Shown one piece after another: positions 24,398 through 34,794 of a DNA stretch of 64,000 bases (positions within the stretch are counted from its first letter, which is position 1; every line of letters begins with the position of its first letter). The position numbers and the translations under genes are program-made. The notes beneath the pieces were generated by a model. That model had not been told where the DNA came from. It saw nothing but the letters and a program-made list of their open reading frames with translations, and searched no databases. The stretch spans positions 3,936,001 to 4,000,000 of the forward strand of contig OY970166.1 in NCBI GenBank assembly GCA_963706595.1. Direction: 5' to 3'. Source of the stretch: an uncultured cyanobacterium (lineage in GTDB: Bacteria > Cyanobacteriota > Cyanobacteriia > Cyanobacteriales > Nostocaceae).

Positions 24398-26668
24398 CTA
24401 TTCGTCAATTTGACCAAGGCGACGGATATTTAAAATGTCGCTCATTTTTTTAATTTGAGTAAATACTTGCTCTAGTTGCAAGCGATCGCGTATATCTATT
24501 CCTAAGTCAATCAACGCTGGTTGACCAATGGAAGTATTTACCTGTGCATGACGCACATTGATTCCCTGGTCACTCAACCGCGATAAAATATCCTTCAAAA
24601 CTCCCACACGGTCAAGGGCTTCGATTTGCACATTCACTGGGTAAGTGTGGGGACGGCTAATGTTTTCGATGGCTGAGTTCCAACTCACGGGTACTAAGCG
24701 CTCATATTCCACACTCTCCAAATTATTGCACCCTTGGCGATGAATGGTAATTCCCCTACCCCGCGTTACCACGCCAATAATCGGTTCACCAGCAATGGGG
24801 GTACAACACCCACCTAAGTGATACACCAATCCTTCTACACCAATAATCGGTGAATCACAAGGACGCGTGCTGGGGGGAGGCGTATCGCGGACAGTTTTTG
24901 ATGTCGTTGGTAGTTCTTTACCCGGAAATAAAGGAATAACGTTAGCAGGTTGTTGTCCTTTAGCTACTTCTCGCCAGCGATTTAGCACGAGGTTGAGAGT
25001 AATTTCACCGTAACCCAAATTGGCGAGTAAATCTTCTGCACTGTGGTAATTACACTTTTCAGCTACAGTTTGCATGGCTTGGGATTTCAACAAACTATCA
25101 AAACCAGTTTTACCCAGTTCCTTTTCTAACAACTCCCGTCCACGAGCCACATTTTCATCGCGGCGCGATCGCTTGTACCATTGTTTAATCCGATACTTCG
25201 CTGCTGAACTCCTGGCAAAGTTCAACCAATCCAAACTGGGATGGCTGTTCTTTTGGGTAATAATTTCGACAATCGCACCGTTCTGTAACCGCGTTGACAA
25301 AGGGACCATGCGACCATTCACCCGCGCCCCTGCACAGTGGTTGCCTACTTCTGTATGAATATGATAAGCAAAATCTATACACGTTGCACCAGGGCTTAAG
25401 GGTACAACATCCCCCTTTGGGGTGAAGACATAAACATCATCTTCAAATAAATTGTCTTTGACACTATCAAGATATTCTTGAGCATCCTTTAGATCACTTT
25501 GCCATTCCAGCAGATGTCTTAGCCAAGTAAACTTTTCATCTGTGCTTGTCAATGGGCTAGTAGAACCACCTGTTTCTTTGTACTTCCAATGGGCTGCAAT
25601 CCCATACTCAGCGACATGATGCATTTCTATAGTGCGAATTTGAATCTCCAAAGGACGGCCACTCAGTCCAATCACTCCAGTATGCAACGACTGGTAATGG
25701 TTAGGCTTGGGCAATCCAATATAATCCTTAAATCGAGAGGGAATCGGGCGAAAAGCATCATGAACTACTGCCAAAGCCCGATAGCATTCCTCATTGGTTT
25801 GGACTATAATCCGCAGGGCTGCCAAATCGTAAATTTCATGAAATTCTTTTTGCTGCCTTTGCATTTTTTGATAAATGCTATAAAGGTGCTTGGGACGACC
25901 GCTAATATCTTGACAGTGAATGCCGGCTTGGTGCAAACGTTCCCGCAGCATCTCTGTAGTTTTGGCCAGTTTTTCTTCCCGCGCCGCCCGTTTGTCGGAA
26001 ACATACTCTTGTATTTGCCGATAAGCTTCTGGTTCGAGGTATTTAAAAGATAAATCTTCCAGTTCCCATTTTATATGCCACATTCCCAAGCGATTTGCTA
26101 AGGGGGCAAAAATATCTCTGGTTTCTTGAGCGCTGCGGCGGCGACTGGACTCTGACATATACTGTAAAGTTCGCATATTATGCAAACGGTCTGCCAGTTT
26201 CACCACAATTACTCGGATATCCTGCGCCATAGCCAAAAACATCCGCCGGAAGTTTTCCGCTTGGCTTTCGGTTTTGCTGGTGAAATTTATTTTAGACAGC
26301 TTGGTGACACCTTCCACCAATTGCCGCACTTCTGGTCCAAAATGTGCTTCTATATCATCGCTTGTGACATCTGTATCTTCAACTACATCATGAAGAAATC
26401 CAGCTGCTATCATAGCAGCACTGCCCCCCAAATCTCGCAGCAATCCAGCCACGGCAACGGGATGACTAATATACAGTTCGCCCGATTTGCGATACTGTCC
26501 TTCATGCAGTTGATAAGCAAATTCAAAGGCCTGACCAATTAATACTGCATCAGTATATTTTCGGTCTGATTCTGGTTCGCCCCTATATGCTGAAGATTCT
26601 CGTAAACATTTGATCAGCCATTCCGGGAGGGCGAGATCGGTTGTGGAATTTATAAGTATGCTGCTCAT
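24398..26668 (-). CDS. rel: Bifunctional (p)ppGpp synthetase/hydrolase RelA/SpoT
   Basis: HD motif LHDVVEDT, KLADRLHNMRT, RFKDYIGLPKPN.YQSLHT, TGS domain (VFTPKG) and C-terminal ACT domain. Confidence 0.96.
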   Translation of the reverse strand: MSSILINSTTDLALPEWLIKCLRESSAYRGEPESDRKYTDAVLIGQAFEFAYQLHEGQYRKSGELYISHPVAVAGLLRDLGGSAAMIAAGFLHDVVEDTDVTSDDIEAHFGPEVRQLVEGVTKLSKINFTSKTESQAENFRRMFLAMAQDIRVIVVKLADRLHNMRTLQYMSESSRRRSAQETRDIFAPLANRLGMWHIKWELEDLSFKYLEPEAYRQIQEYVSDKRAAREEKLAKTTEMLRERLHQAGIHCQDISGRPKHLYSIYQKMQRQQKEFHEIYDLAALRIIVQTNEECYRALAVVHDAFRPIPSRFKDYIGLPKPNHYQSLHTGVIGLSGRPLEIQIRTIEMHHVAEYGIAAHWKYKETGGSTSPLTSTDEKFTWLRHLLEWQSDLKDAQEYLDSVKDNLFEDDVYVFTPKGDVVPLSPGATCIDFAYHIHTEVGNHCAGARVNGRMVPLSTRLQNGAIVEIITQKNSHPSLDWLNFARSSAAKYRIKQWYKRSRRDENVARGRELLEKELGKTGFDSLLKSQAMQTVAEKCNYHSAEDLLANLGYGEITLNLVLNRWREVAKGQQPANVIPLFPGKELPTTSKTVRDTPPPSTRPCDSPIIGVEGLVYHLGGCCTPIAGEPIIGVVTRGRGITIHRQGCNNLESVEYERLVPVSWNSAIENISRPHTYPVNVQIEALDRVGVLKDILSRLSDQGINVRHAQVNTSIGQPALIDLGIDIRDRLQLEQVFTQIKKMSDILNIRRLGQIDE

Positions 26669-26958
26669 ACACTAAAGATTAAAGGTGTTGGGTAGATAGG
26701 TGAGAGATGAATCTAATGGATAGCATCGTTGACATAAAATGCTATCTGCAAGGGATCAGTAAAAAAATGAGAAGGATTCTCTAGTGGTCTATGGTAATTA
26801 TCCATACAGCCATTAAAAAATCTTATGTTGAAAAATAGACTTATTGCAAATAAAACCTCAAAGCGTAATTTGAGGTTTATGGTTTTTAATAAGAAGTTGA
26901 GAAAGTTTATTGTAAAAGATAATTTTCTTGACACTAATACTATCTTAACTAGCACTGA

Positions 26959-27312
26959 ATGTCTCTAAACCTTGAGAAATATCAGACACTAGCAATTTTG
27001 CTAGAGCAAGTACGTTCTGATACCACTTCTGCCCAAGTAACTGCATTGGAACTGCGAAAGGGTGTATCGTTGTTGCAGCAAATGTTTAGGCAGCAGATTG
27101 TGCCTTTGCCTGATGGCAGTTCGCGGGTACAATCCTATCGGACAGAAATTAGTAAGCAGTTGCGCTTGTTGGAAATTGATGTGATGTTTTTCCAAGGAGC
27201 GCGCCAACCATCCACTGCCGAAGGGAGGCTGAAGACGATTAGCGATCGCCTGACTACTCTCATTCAATACTGTGACGCTATTCTCCAGGCAGAACCGGAG
27301 GAGGAAAAATAA
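26959..27312 (+). CDS. patD: Heterocyst frequency control protein PatD-like
   Basis: QSYRTEISKQLRLLEIDVMF..GARQ..T...RL..ISDRLTTLIQYC matches my recall of the PatD family; divergent from rel. Confidence 0.75.
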   Translation: MSLNLEKYQTLAILLEQVRSDTTSAQVTALELRKGVSLLQQMFRQQIVPLPDGSSRVQSYRTEISKQLRLLEIDVMFFQGARQPSTAEGRLKTISDRLTTLIQYCDAILQAEPEEEK

Positions 27313-27857
27313 CAATTCTTTACCTTTTGCTCTATTTCTGACATAATCTCATTTTTCACTGCCAATTGAAAGTTATTTTTGTAACAACTTTTAAAATGGT
27401 TAGTGTGGAAGAGGTTCAGAGGTAAAATGTGGGGAGTTGTCAAGAAAACAGATGCAATTTTCTGGTAAATTTTTCAAGAATTGCCCCATATTTATTTGAA
27501 CTTATCGGTAAACCGGATACTAACGTAACTGTTCACACTCGACTACCAAGAAGGTATTAAGAAGCAACAGGAATAGGAGGATTTTTGATACCCAGAGGAG
27601 CTTAAGTGAGAACTTGAGCAACATAACTGAATAGTCTAATGATTATCATGATTGTATATGAGATGTTTTATTTTTTGGAAGTCTCTTAAAGCATTAATCA
27701 AGTTATTTAACTGTCAGTCACATTAAATGCGGTATAAAAATTAGCTTTAAAATAAACAATTGGATTGTTTATTAACTAAATTATTGTGTATACTAATACT
27801 TAGTACGAAAAAATAATTGCATGAAAATTTGTATAAACTCATACTTATATCTTTGAT

Positions 27858-28889
27858 ATGACTAAAAATTTGCCATCTATTTATTTCTACCTTTCTCAAT
27901 TTGAGTGGTTCTCACAAAATGTCTTATCTCATTTATCTAATGCAAATACTTACTTGCCTTTTTTAAACCAGCAAGGAATTAGCGATGGAGAGTATGCCTG
28001 GATTGTACAAACCTATTTAAACTTGAAGGCAGCAGGGTTTCCTTGTGAAATAACCGGAACTATGCCCCAAGAAGGTATCGTTTTGGTTCACCATAATTCT
28101 CTATCGTTTTTTCTGCGTCCTGGACCTCGTTTGCTACTGATTTATTTAAAAGCTGATAAACCCCCTAGGCCTTATGCTCAATTGCAGGTTGTTCAGAATA
28201 GCTATGAGGTAGAGAAATTACCTAACAGTTATTATATGCCTCATTGGCCAATACCAGGACTCATTCCCAGAGATCCAGCACGGGGTGATCTATTTGAGAC
28301 AATTGCCTACTTTGGTACTGGCGGGAATCTTACACCAGAACTCTTAGATCCATCCTGGGAAAAGACTTTGAGCGATATGGGACTACGATGGAGGTTCAAG
28401 GGTAGAAATGAATGGAACGATTTTAGTGATGTTGATGCTATCTTAGCGGTACGTGGGTTTAATACTGTGCCTCAGAGTTGGGATAAAGAACAGGGAGCTT
28501 GGAAACCGCCAACCAAGCTATTCAATGCTTGGTTAGCAGGAGTTCCAGTTCTTTTAGGTAATGAACCGGCTTATCGAGATCAACGTCAGAGTGAGTTAAG
28601 TTATATTGAGGTCAATTCTCTGGAAGAAACCATAACTCAGATTAAACGGCTACGGGACGATAAAGCCTTTCGATGTGCAATTGTTGAAAATGGGCGAGAG
28701 CAAGTCAAGCAATTTGGTGTAAAACAGACATTAGAAGCATGGCAAATGTTTTTTACAGATGTGGCTGTACCAGCTTATGAATCCTGGAATCGAAGGTCTT
28801 GGTTAAGTCAGAAATCATTCATTTTGGAACGATACTTGGGAGTTAAATGGGATGGAGTCAAACGTCGCATAGGCTCAATTAAAGTTTAA
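27858..28889 (+). CDS. Putative glycosyltransferase-like protein
   Basis: WIVQTYL.L, WP.PGLIPRD..RG and KPPTKLFNAWLAGVP (GT-B-like C-terminal lobe). Confidence 0.6.
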   Translation: MTKNLPSIYFYLSQFEWFSQNVLSHLSNANTYLPFLNQQGISDGEYAWIVQTYLNLKAAGFPCEITGTMPQEGIVLVHHNSLSFFLRPGPRLLLIYLKADKPPRPYAQLQVVQNSYEVEKLPNSYYMPHWPIPGLIPRDPARGDLFETIAYFGTGGNLTPELLDPSWEKTLSDMGLRWRFKGRNEWNDFSDVDAILAVRGFNTVPQSWDKEQGAWKPPTKLFNAWLAGVPVLLGNEPAYRDQRQSELSYIEVNSLEETITQIKRLRDDKAFRCAIVENGREQVKQFGVKQTLEAWQMFFTDVAVPAYESWNRRSWLSQKSFILERYLGVKWDGVKRRIGSIKV

Positions 28890-29135
28890 GTTTATTAACA
28901 AGCTACAAGCCAAAACGGGCGACTTCTAAACCTTATTTAATCAGCTTTTTGGTTCCAAATTATTACCAATAGCTATGAATTCATAGTACCAGAAATTAAA
29001 CAAAAAAGCTTTCGACTAGATGGGTTGGGGGTGAGGTTCTGTTTAGACTCATCCGCATTGGGGAGTTAATCTGATAGACTGACGGAAATTTAAACTTATT
29101 ATCTCCAGTGGTAGCTCAGGGCTAACAACTAATAT

Positions 29136-30770
29136 ATGAGTGAAGCTTTATTTTGTATAGAAAATCTGCGTGTTGCTTATCCTCAGAGTCACGAGGAAGC
29201 GTTAAGTTGGGCAATTGATGATGTATCTTTGACTTTGCAGCCTGGGGAAACCATGGGTTTGGTGGGTGAGTCTGGTTGTGGTAAATCAACTTTAGGAAGG
29301 GCTGCAATGCGCTTGTTACCGCCTGATAGTCGCGTTGAGGGTCGGGTGACGTTTCAGGGTGAATCGGTGTTTGATTTGATGCCTAAGCAGTTACGGAAAT
29401 TTCGGGGAGAGGCGATCGCACTAATTTTTCAAGATCCCATGACACGCCTCGATCCTTTGATGACTATTGGTAAGCACTGTATTGAAACTCTTCAGGCGCA
29501 TTCACCAAAGTTATCCACCAAAGAAGCCAAGGAACAAGCGATCGCTACTTTGGCAAAAGTGAATATTCCGGCGAGTCGTTGGAATCAGTATCCTCATGAG
29601 TTTAGCGGCGGAATGCGCCAACGGGTAGCGATTGCTTTGGCTTTACTTCTCAACCCCAAGTTAATTGTCGCTGATGAACCCACCACCAGTTTAGATGTCA
29701 CCGTCTCAGCCCAGATTTTACAAGAATTAACCCGTCTATGTAGTGAAGAAAACATGGCGTTGTTATTGATTTCTCACGATTTGGCGATGGTGGGTGAGTA
29801 TTGCGATCGCATCGGTGTGATGTATCAAGGCAAAATGGTAGAAATGGGTGCGACTGAAACTGTATTGAGACAACCTCAACATGAATACACGCGATCGCTA
29901 TTAAAAGCAGCTTTGCATATTCAAGCAGTGGATGAAGACATTAGAAAAGAAACTTCCCAATCACCAATATTGCAGATTACGGAATTGCAGCAGCATTACA
30001 CTATAGAACCCAATTTTATGGAAAGACTCTGGAAAAAGCCAGGGGAAACAATTAAAGCTGTCGATGGAATTAACTTAGAACTATATCAAGGGGAGATTTT
30101 CGGATTAGTTGGAGAATCAGGTTGTGGTAAAAGTACCCTATCCAGGACAATCTTACAACTCATTCGTCCTACGGCTGGCAAAGTTGAATTTTTGGGACAA
30201 GAGTTAACGACTTTATCGCGTCCAGAAATTCGGGCTTCCCGGCGACAAATGCAAATGATTTTTCAAGATCCTCATGCTTGTTTGAATCCGGTGATGACAG
30301 TGGGACAAAGTATAGCTGATCCGTTATTTATCCACAATTTAGCTGATGCAGAAAAGGCGAAATCACAAGTATTATGGATGTTGGAAAAGGTGGGATTAAC
30401 ACCGCCAGAACTTTATTATCAACGTTATCCATCGGATTTGTCTGGGGGACAGCAGCAACGAGTGGCGATCGCCCGTGCTTTGATTACTCGTCCCAAACTG
30501 TTAATCTGTGATGAACCTGTGAGTATGTTAGATGCCAGTGTTCAGTCACAAGTGCTGGATTTAATGTTAGAATTAAAAGTAGAGTTTGAATTAACTTACT
30601 TGTTTATTACTCACGATTTGTGGTTAGCACGGTTTTTGTGCGATCGCATTGCCGTAATGCACAGTGGTAAAATTGTGGAAATCGGTAGTACCAAGCAGAT
30701 TTTTAGCGATCCTCAACACCCCTACACTAAAACTTTACTAGCAGCCGCCCCCTTGCTGGCGCGTGCTTAG
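29136..30770 (+). CDS. Dipeptide/oligopeptide ABC transporter ATP-binding protein (two fused ATPase domains)
   Basis: Two GESGCGKST Walker A motifs, FSGGMRQR/LSGGQQQR signatures, DEP Walker B, P.H.YT tails. Confidence 0.94.
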   Translation: MSEALFCIENLRVAYPQSHEEALSWAIDDVSLTLQPGETMGLVGESGCGKSTLGRAAMRLLPPDSRVEGRVTFQGESVFDLMPKQLRKFRGEAIALIFQDPMTRLDPLMTIGKHCIETLQAHSPKLSTKEAKEQAIATLAKVNIPASRWNQYPHEFSGGMRQRVAIALALLLNPKLIVADEPTTSLDVTVSAQILQELTRLCSEENMALLLISHDLAMVGEYCDRIGVMYQGKMVEMGATETVLRQPQHEYTRSLLKAALHIQAVDEDIRKETSQSPILQITELQQHYTIEPNFMERLWKKPGETIKAVDGINLELYQGEIFGLVGESGCGKSTLSRTILQLIRPTAGKVEFLGQELTTLSRPEIRASRRQMQMIFQDPHACLNPVMTVGQSIADPLFIHNLADAEKAKSQVLWMLEKVGLTPPELYYQRYPSDLSGGQQQRVAIARALITRPKLLICDEPVSMLDASVQSQVLDLMLELKVEFELTYLFITHDLWLARFLCDRIAVMHSGKIVEIGSTKQIFSDPQHPYTKTLLAAAPLLARA

Positions 30771-30796
30771 AATATTCATACTCCGGAAATCCAGTT

Positions 30797-30887
30797 CCCC
30801 TCCTCGCTTGCGGTGAACCAGCGCTGTAGGCGGGTTTCCCACCGTAGGCGACTGGTGAACCCGAAGGGGGAGGGGTTAGGGGTGGGG
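30797..30887. repeat. Dispersed C/G-rich repeat carrying a nested small insertion
   Basis: Halves CCCCTCCTCGCTTGCGG and GGAGGGGTTAGGGGTGGGG match the uninterrupted copy at 44573-44610; about 55 bp inserted between them. Confidence 0.7.
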
Positions 30888-30972
30888 TCTTATGACAAAA
30901 AAGAGAATTTCCCGACTTGCTTCATACCCCCTCTCCTTACTAAGGAGAGGGCTGGGGTGAGGTTCCACAGAT

Positions 30973-31884
30973 TCAATGATTTCCTTCAATTAATTTAGCT
31001 GTGTTTCCACTCGTTCCATAAAGCTCAACAAATCTTTTAAAGAGTAACGTACTTGCATTATTAGAAAATTTACTTAATTTGAATAAACGCTCAATATTCT
31101 TGTCAGTTAAGTTGCGGAGATAGGGTAAATCCTCAAATAATGTCAAACAAGAAGCAAAATGTAAGAGTATTTGCAATAAGGGTTTAGGCCAATTTAGATC
31201 GCTGTAAATATCTATGAATAACTGATGTTCCTTATCCGTCAATGGGAAAGCTTGAAAAATTACAATTATTCTTTTATTATTGTAAACTGGAATACTCAAT
31301 TCAATTGTATAGGGAGTGTGTAAAATTAAATCGACCTCTACAATCGGTTTTCTCCAAATTCTCAGAGGATTAGCGGGAGAATCTAAAATTGTTTGAAATT
31401 TGATAATTCCACCAATCTTTGTGGGCTGAAAGTGGCTAATATTGAGAATTTTTAAATTATTTAAGCTAAAATTATGAACTGTTTCCAAATGTTTTAAGTT
31501 TAGCAGATGATAAATTTGGCAAAGGTAAGGAAAAGGTAAAATATATTCTTGGCTGATCATGTGTCGCTTTTTTAATGCAAACTTATTTGATTGCACTGGA
31601 CACAAGTTTAATTGAGATTGCTGATCTTTAATATCCGGTTTTAAATACAACCAACTTAAAAAAAACAAAACTGTAGTCAAGAGATGAAAAAATTCTAAGC
31701 TAGATAAATAACCATCAGCAAAGGTGTCCAAACTCTGATCTACTATTCCATAAATCCAAGCCGGAATGCCTAACAGCCAAATACTAGTTCTGAATTTACT
31801 TATAAATAAAGTTAATTCTACAGTTGAATCTTGCTGCTCGTTATTTTCGGAAATTTCAGGATTCTTTACTAAATTCTTAAACAT
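30973..31884 (-). CDS. Hypothetical protein with two N-terminal TM segments
   Basis: 303-aa open frame; hydrophobic stretches IWLLGIPAWIYGIV and FFHLLTTVLFFLSWLYL. Confidence 0.7.
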   Translation of the reverse strand: MFKNLVKNPEISENNEQQDSTVELTLFISKFRTSIWLLGIPAWIYGIVDQSLDTFADGYLSSLEFFHLLTTVLFFLSWLYLKPDIKDQQSQLNLCPVQSNKFALKKRHMISQEYILPFPYLCQIYHLLNLKHLETVHNFSLNNLKILNISHFQPTKIGGIIKFQTILDSPANPLRIWRKPIVEVDLILHTPYTIELSIPVYNNKRIIVIFQAFPLTDKEHQLFIDIYSDLNWPKPLLQILLHFASCLTLFEDLPYLRNLTDKNIERLFKLSKFSNNASTLLFKRFVELYGTSGNTAKLIEGNH

Positions 31885-32191
31885 AAAATGTAGTTAGAAA
31901 TTTTCTCAGCTACATTAATCCTAGATATAGCTAATAGAAACAACCTCTACCTTTGGTGCATATAGCTTTTTAAATAGGTTGAAATTTCCCAGGTTTATTT
32001 GTAGTTATAGCTACAAAAATTAGCCAATATATTTATTCTTTCTCATATTCAGAGATTCATCTGTTTCTCTAGGATGAATAATTGAAAATTATGATAAACA
32101 AATAAACTGATAGCATTTCTGCAAGATTAACCAAGAATTTGATTATTTTGCTATTATTTTAAAGATTTTATCTTTCTCCAAAACGGCAGCA

Positions 32192-32680
32192 ATGACCATC
32201 CGCCATGCGAATGAGATTGATTTACCTGCAATAGTGGCAATTTATAATGCATCAATTCCCAGCCGCAAAGCCACAGCTGATTTAGAACCAGTTTCTGTAC
32301 AAAGTCGCCGGGCTTGGTTTCAAGGGCGATCGCCTTTACAAAGACCAGTTTGGGTGATAGAAGTAGAAGGTATCGTTGTGGGCTGGCTGAGTTTTAAATC
32401 ATTTTATGGACGGCCAGCTTATGATGCCACTGCCGAAATTAGTATTTATATTTCCCCATCTGTTCATGGACGTGGTTTAGGCGGACTACTCCTCGCCCAA
32501 GCAGTTAGTCAAAGTCCAAATTTACGGATAAAAACGCTGTTGGGCTTTATTTTTGCCCACAATCAACCCAGCTTAAAGCTATTTGCCAAATTCGGGTTTC
32601 AACAGTGGGGATATTTACCGCAAGTTGCAGAACTTGACGGTATAGAACGGGATTTAATAATTATGGGACTGCGAATTTAG
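32192..32680 (+). CDS. GNAT N-acetyltransferase (phosphinothricin/MnaT-like)
   Basis: IVAIYN, AEISIY, GRGLG, N.PSL.LF.KFGF motifs. Confidence 0.9.
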   Translation: MTIRHANEIDLPAIVAIYNASIPSRKATADLEPVSVQSRRAWFQGRSPLQRPVWVIEVEGIVVGWLSFKSFYGRPAYDATAEISIYISPSVHGRGLGGLLLAQAVSQSPNLRIKTLLGFIFAHNQPSLKLFAKFGFQQWGYLPQVAELDGIERDLIIMGLRI

Positions 32681-32684
32681 GTTT

Positions 32685-33881
32685 TTACTTTTTCTGCAAA
32701 ATCCGGCGTTGACGCGAGTTCTGAGGCTGGGGTTTTCGCAATGGTACTACCTCCGCTTCACTACTCTCACGGGCTACCCGAATCAGCAAAGCCATACTTA
32801 CTAAGCTGGAAATCATGGAATTACCACCATAACTAAACATGGGTAGTGGTAAACCTGTTGTGGGTAATGCACCTGTGGAAACAGCAATATGTAGTAAAGA
32901 TTGTCCTATAATCACGATTGTGACACCGATGGCTACTAGTCGATTGACTGTATTCTTGGCTTTTAATGCCACGATTAATCCTAGTGTGGTGAATATAGCT
33001 AAGATCATCAACATGACAATACTGCCAGCAAAACCAAATTCTTCAGCAAACACGGCAAAAATAAAATCAGTGTCCTGAATTGGTAAATAAAACAGCTTTT
33101 GTTGGGAAAGCCCAAACCCAGCCCCCCAAGTTTGACCAGAACCTACTGCTAGCAAACTTTGTACTAGTTGGTAGCCATCACCTCTAGGGTCAGCCCAAGG
33201 ATCGAGAAATGACATGACACGTCTGCGCTGATACTCTTTCAGGCTAATACTCATTAACCCTAACATTAGCCCACCAGTTGCTGTTCCTCCCAAATATTTG
33301 TAAGGTAATCCAGCCGCTAAGGCAATTAACCAAATAGTCATCCCACAGAGTGCGGCTGTACTTAAGTTAGGCTGTGCCAGAATTCCTAATAGTACTAGAC
33401 AAAAAACACCCAACCAAGTTAAACGAATTGACCAACTCAACCGTTCCCATTGTCCAAACAGTCGCGCACTTTGCAGAACCAAAAAGGGTTTAATTAATTC
33501 TGAAGGTTGCAGGGGAATTGGCCCGATTGCTATCCAACGTGCTGCATCAAAAGCCTTTCTACCCAATCCTGGTATCAATGTCGCGAAGATTAACAGCAAA
33601 AACAGCGCGAGAAACCAATGAGTATTGCCCAACATTTTCCGTAAAGGAAGATTCACAATCATGTTGAATCCTATCAGGGCAACGAAGACCCAAGCAATTT
33701 GGCGCTTAAAGTAGTACAGTCCATCTCCTTGATTCGCTTCAGCTACGACATAGGATGCTGAAAACAGCATAATTAAGCCGACAAACAGCCAAATTAATGT
33801 TAACCAGCGTAGCAACCGCGCCTCTAAAGCCCAGGTGGAGACGGAATTATCAAAAATTGGAATCAGGTGGCGTAGATTCAC
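32685..33881 (-). CDS. ftsW: Cell division SEDS protein FtsW
   Basis: AARWI...QPSELIKP, QPNLST, GYQL.QSL.A.GSG...G.G, TDFIFAVFAEEFGF, PTTGLPLPMFSYGG. Confidence 0.92.
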   Translation of the reverse strand: MNLRHLIPIFDNSVSTWALEARLLRWLTLIWLFVGLIMLFSASYVVAEANQGDGLYYFKRQIAWVFVALIGFNMIVNLPLRKMLGNTHWFLALFLLLIFATLIPGLGRKAFDAARWIAIGPIPLQPSELIKPFLVLQSARLFGQWERLSWSIRLTWLGVFCLVLLGILAQPNLSTAALCGMTIWLIALAAGLPYKYLGGTATGGLMLGLMSISLKEYQRRRVMSFLDPWADPRGDGYQLVQSLLAVGSGQTWGAGFGLSQQKLFYLPIQDTDFIFAVFAEEFGFAGSIVMLMILAIFTTLGLIVALKAKNTVNRLVAIGVTIVIIGQSLLHIAVSTGALPTTGLPLPMFSYGGNSMISSLVSMALLIRVARESSEAEVVPLRKPQPQNSRQRRILQKK

Positions 33882-34358
33882 GATTTGGTACAGTAATAAA
33901 TTAAAAATTAGAAGTAAAACTCATAACTCACAACTTATAACTCATAATTTGATACTCTGCTTGCACAGCACCATTAACATAAGCTGACGGAGACTGGTTT
34001 TTTGCTGTATTTACTTGGTTTAGCAAAATTTTCACAGTAGCGATCGGCAAAGCCGCACCGAAGGCGATCGCTTGTTCCTGCCAAGTTTACCACAATTTCA
34101 CAGTTACCAACTTGCAAGCGATCGCCATCTCTGAGAGGTTGTTTTAAAAGTGTTCGACTATTTAATGCTATGTTCCAGTAAAATTACATTAGTATTTATA
34201 TTATGTATAATTTAAAAATATTAGTTAAGTATAGTCAGGTCTATGGCAGTGTCAAAACAAGAGGTTAAGTTAATTAATTGGCAAAATTACACACAACAAA
34301 AAAGAGGCCTATCTTGACCTCTTGACAACTCCCTAGAATGATGTTCGTTATATATTAA

Positions 34359-34565
34359 TTAAAGCAACCCAGCGTTAGTACCTTGCTTACCAGTTGCTAA
34401 TTCTACCTTCACAATTTTGCCACCCATTTTTTGAATGCGTTGCTGTTCGCGAAACCAGTTTTCGTAAGGAACTAGCTTGGTGAAGTAAGTATTTTGCAAC
34501 TCTCTTTGAGTACGAATGCGGGATTGGCTGGGGACACAAGCAGTAACTTTAAACAAACGAGCCAT
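34359..34565 (-). CDS. apcC: Phycobilisome core small linker Lc7.8
   Basis: RLFKVTACVPSQSRIRTQRELQNTYFTKLVPYENWFREQQRIQKMGG; follows apcB. Confidence 0.97.
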   Translation of the reverse strand: MARLFKVTACVPSQSRIRTQRELQNTYFTKLVPYENWFREQQRIQKMGGKIVKVELATGKQGTNAGLL

Positions 34566-34794
34566 ATCTTAAATCTCCTACGGTGATTGTGAAAAGTTTT
34601 TTATTACAAACAAAAGTGGGAGTGTATATTTCTATGCAAATATTTAAATTAATCACTCCAAGTCTGGAAATCAACTATCAATACTAGACCGCTAACACTC
34701 ATTCACAATATAAGCAATAAAACGTTCTAACACTCACAATTGATTTCCAGACCTTAATAAAGCCGCACCTAATGTATTAAGTGCCAACTAACTC

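Noticed and set aside
30813..30998. Short ORFs over intergenic repeats (also 44460-44679 and 60877-61059)
   Set aside because: They are translations of dispersed palindromic repeats, not plausible genes.
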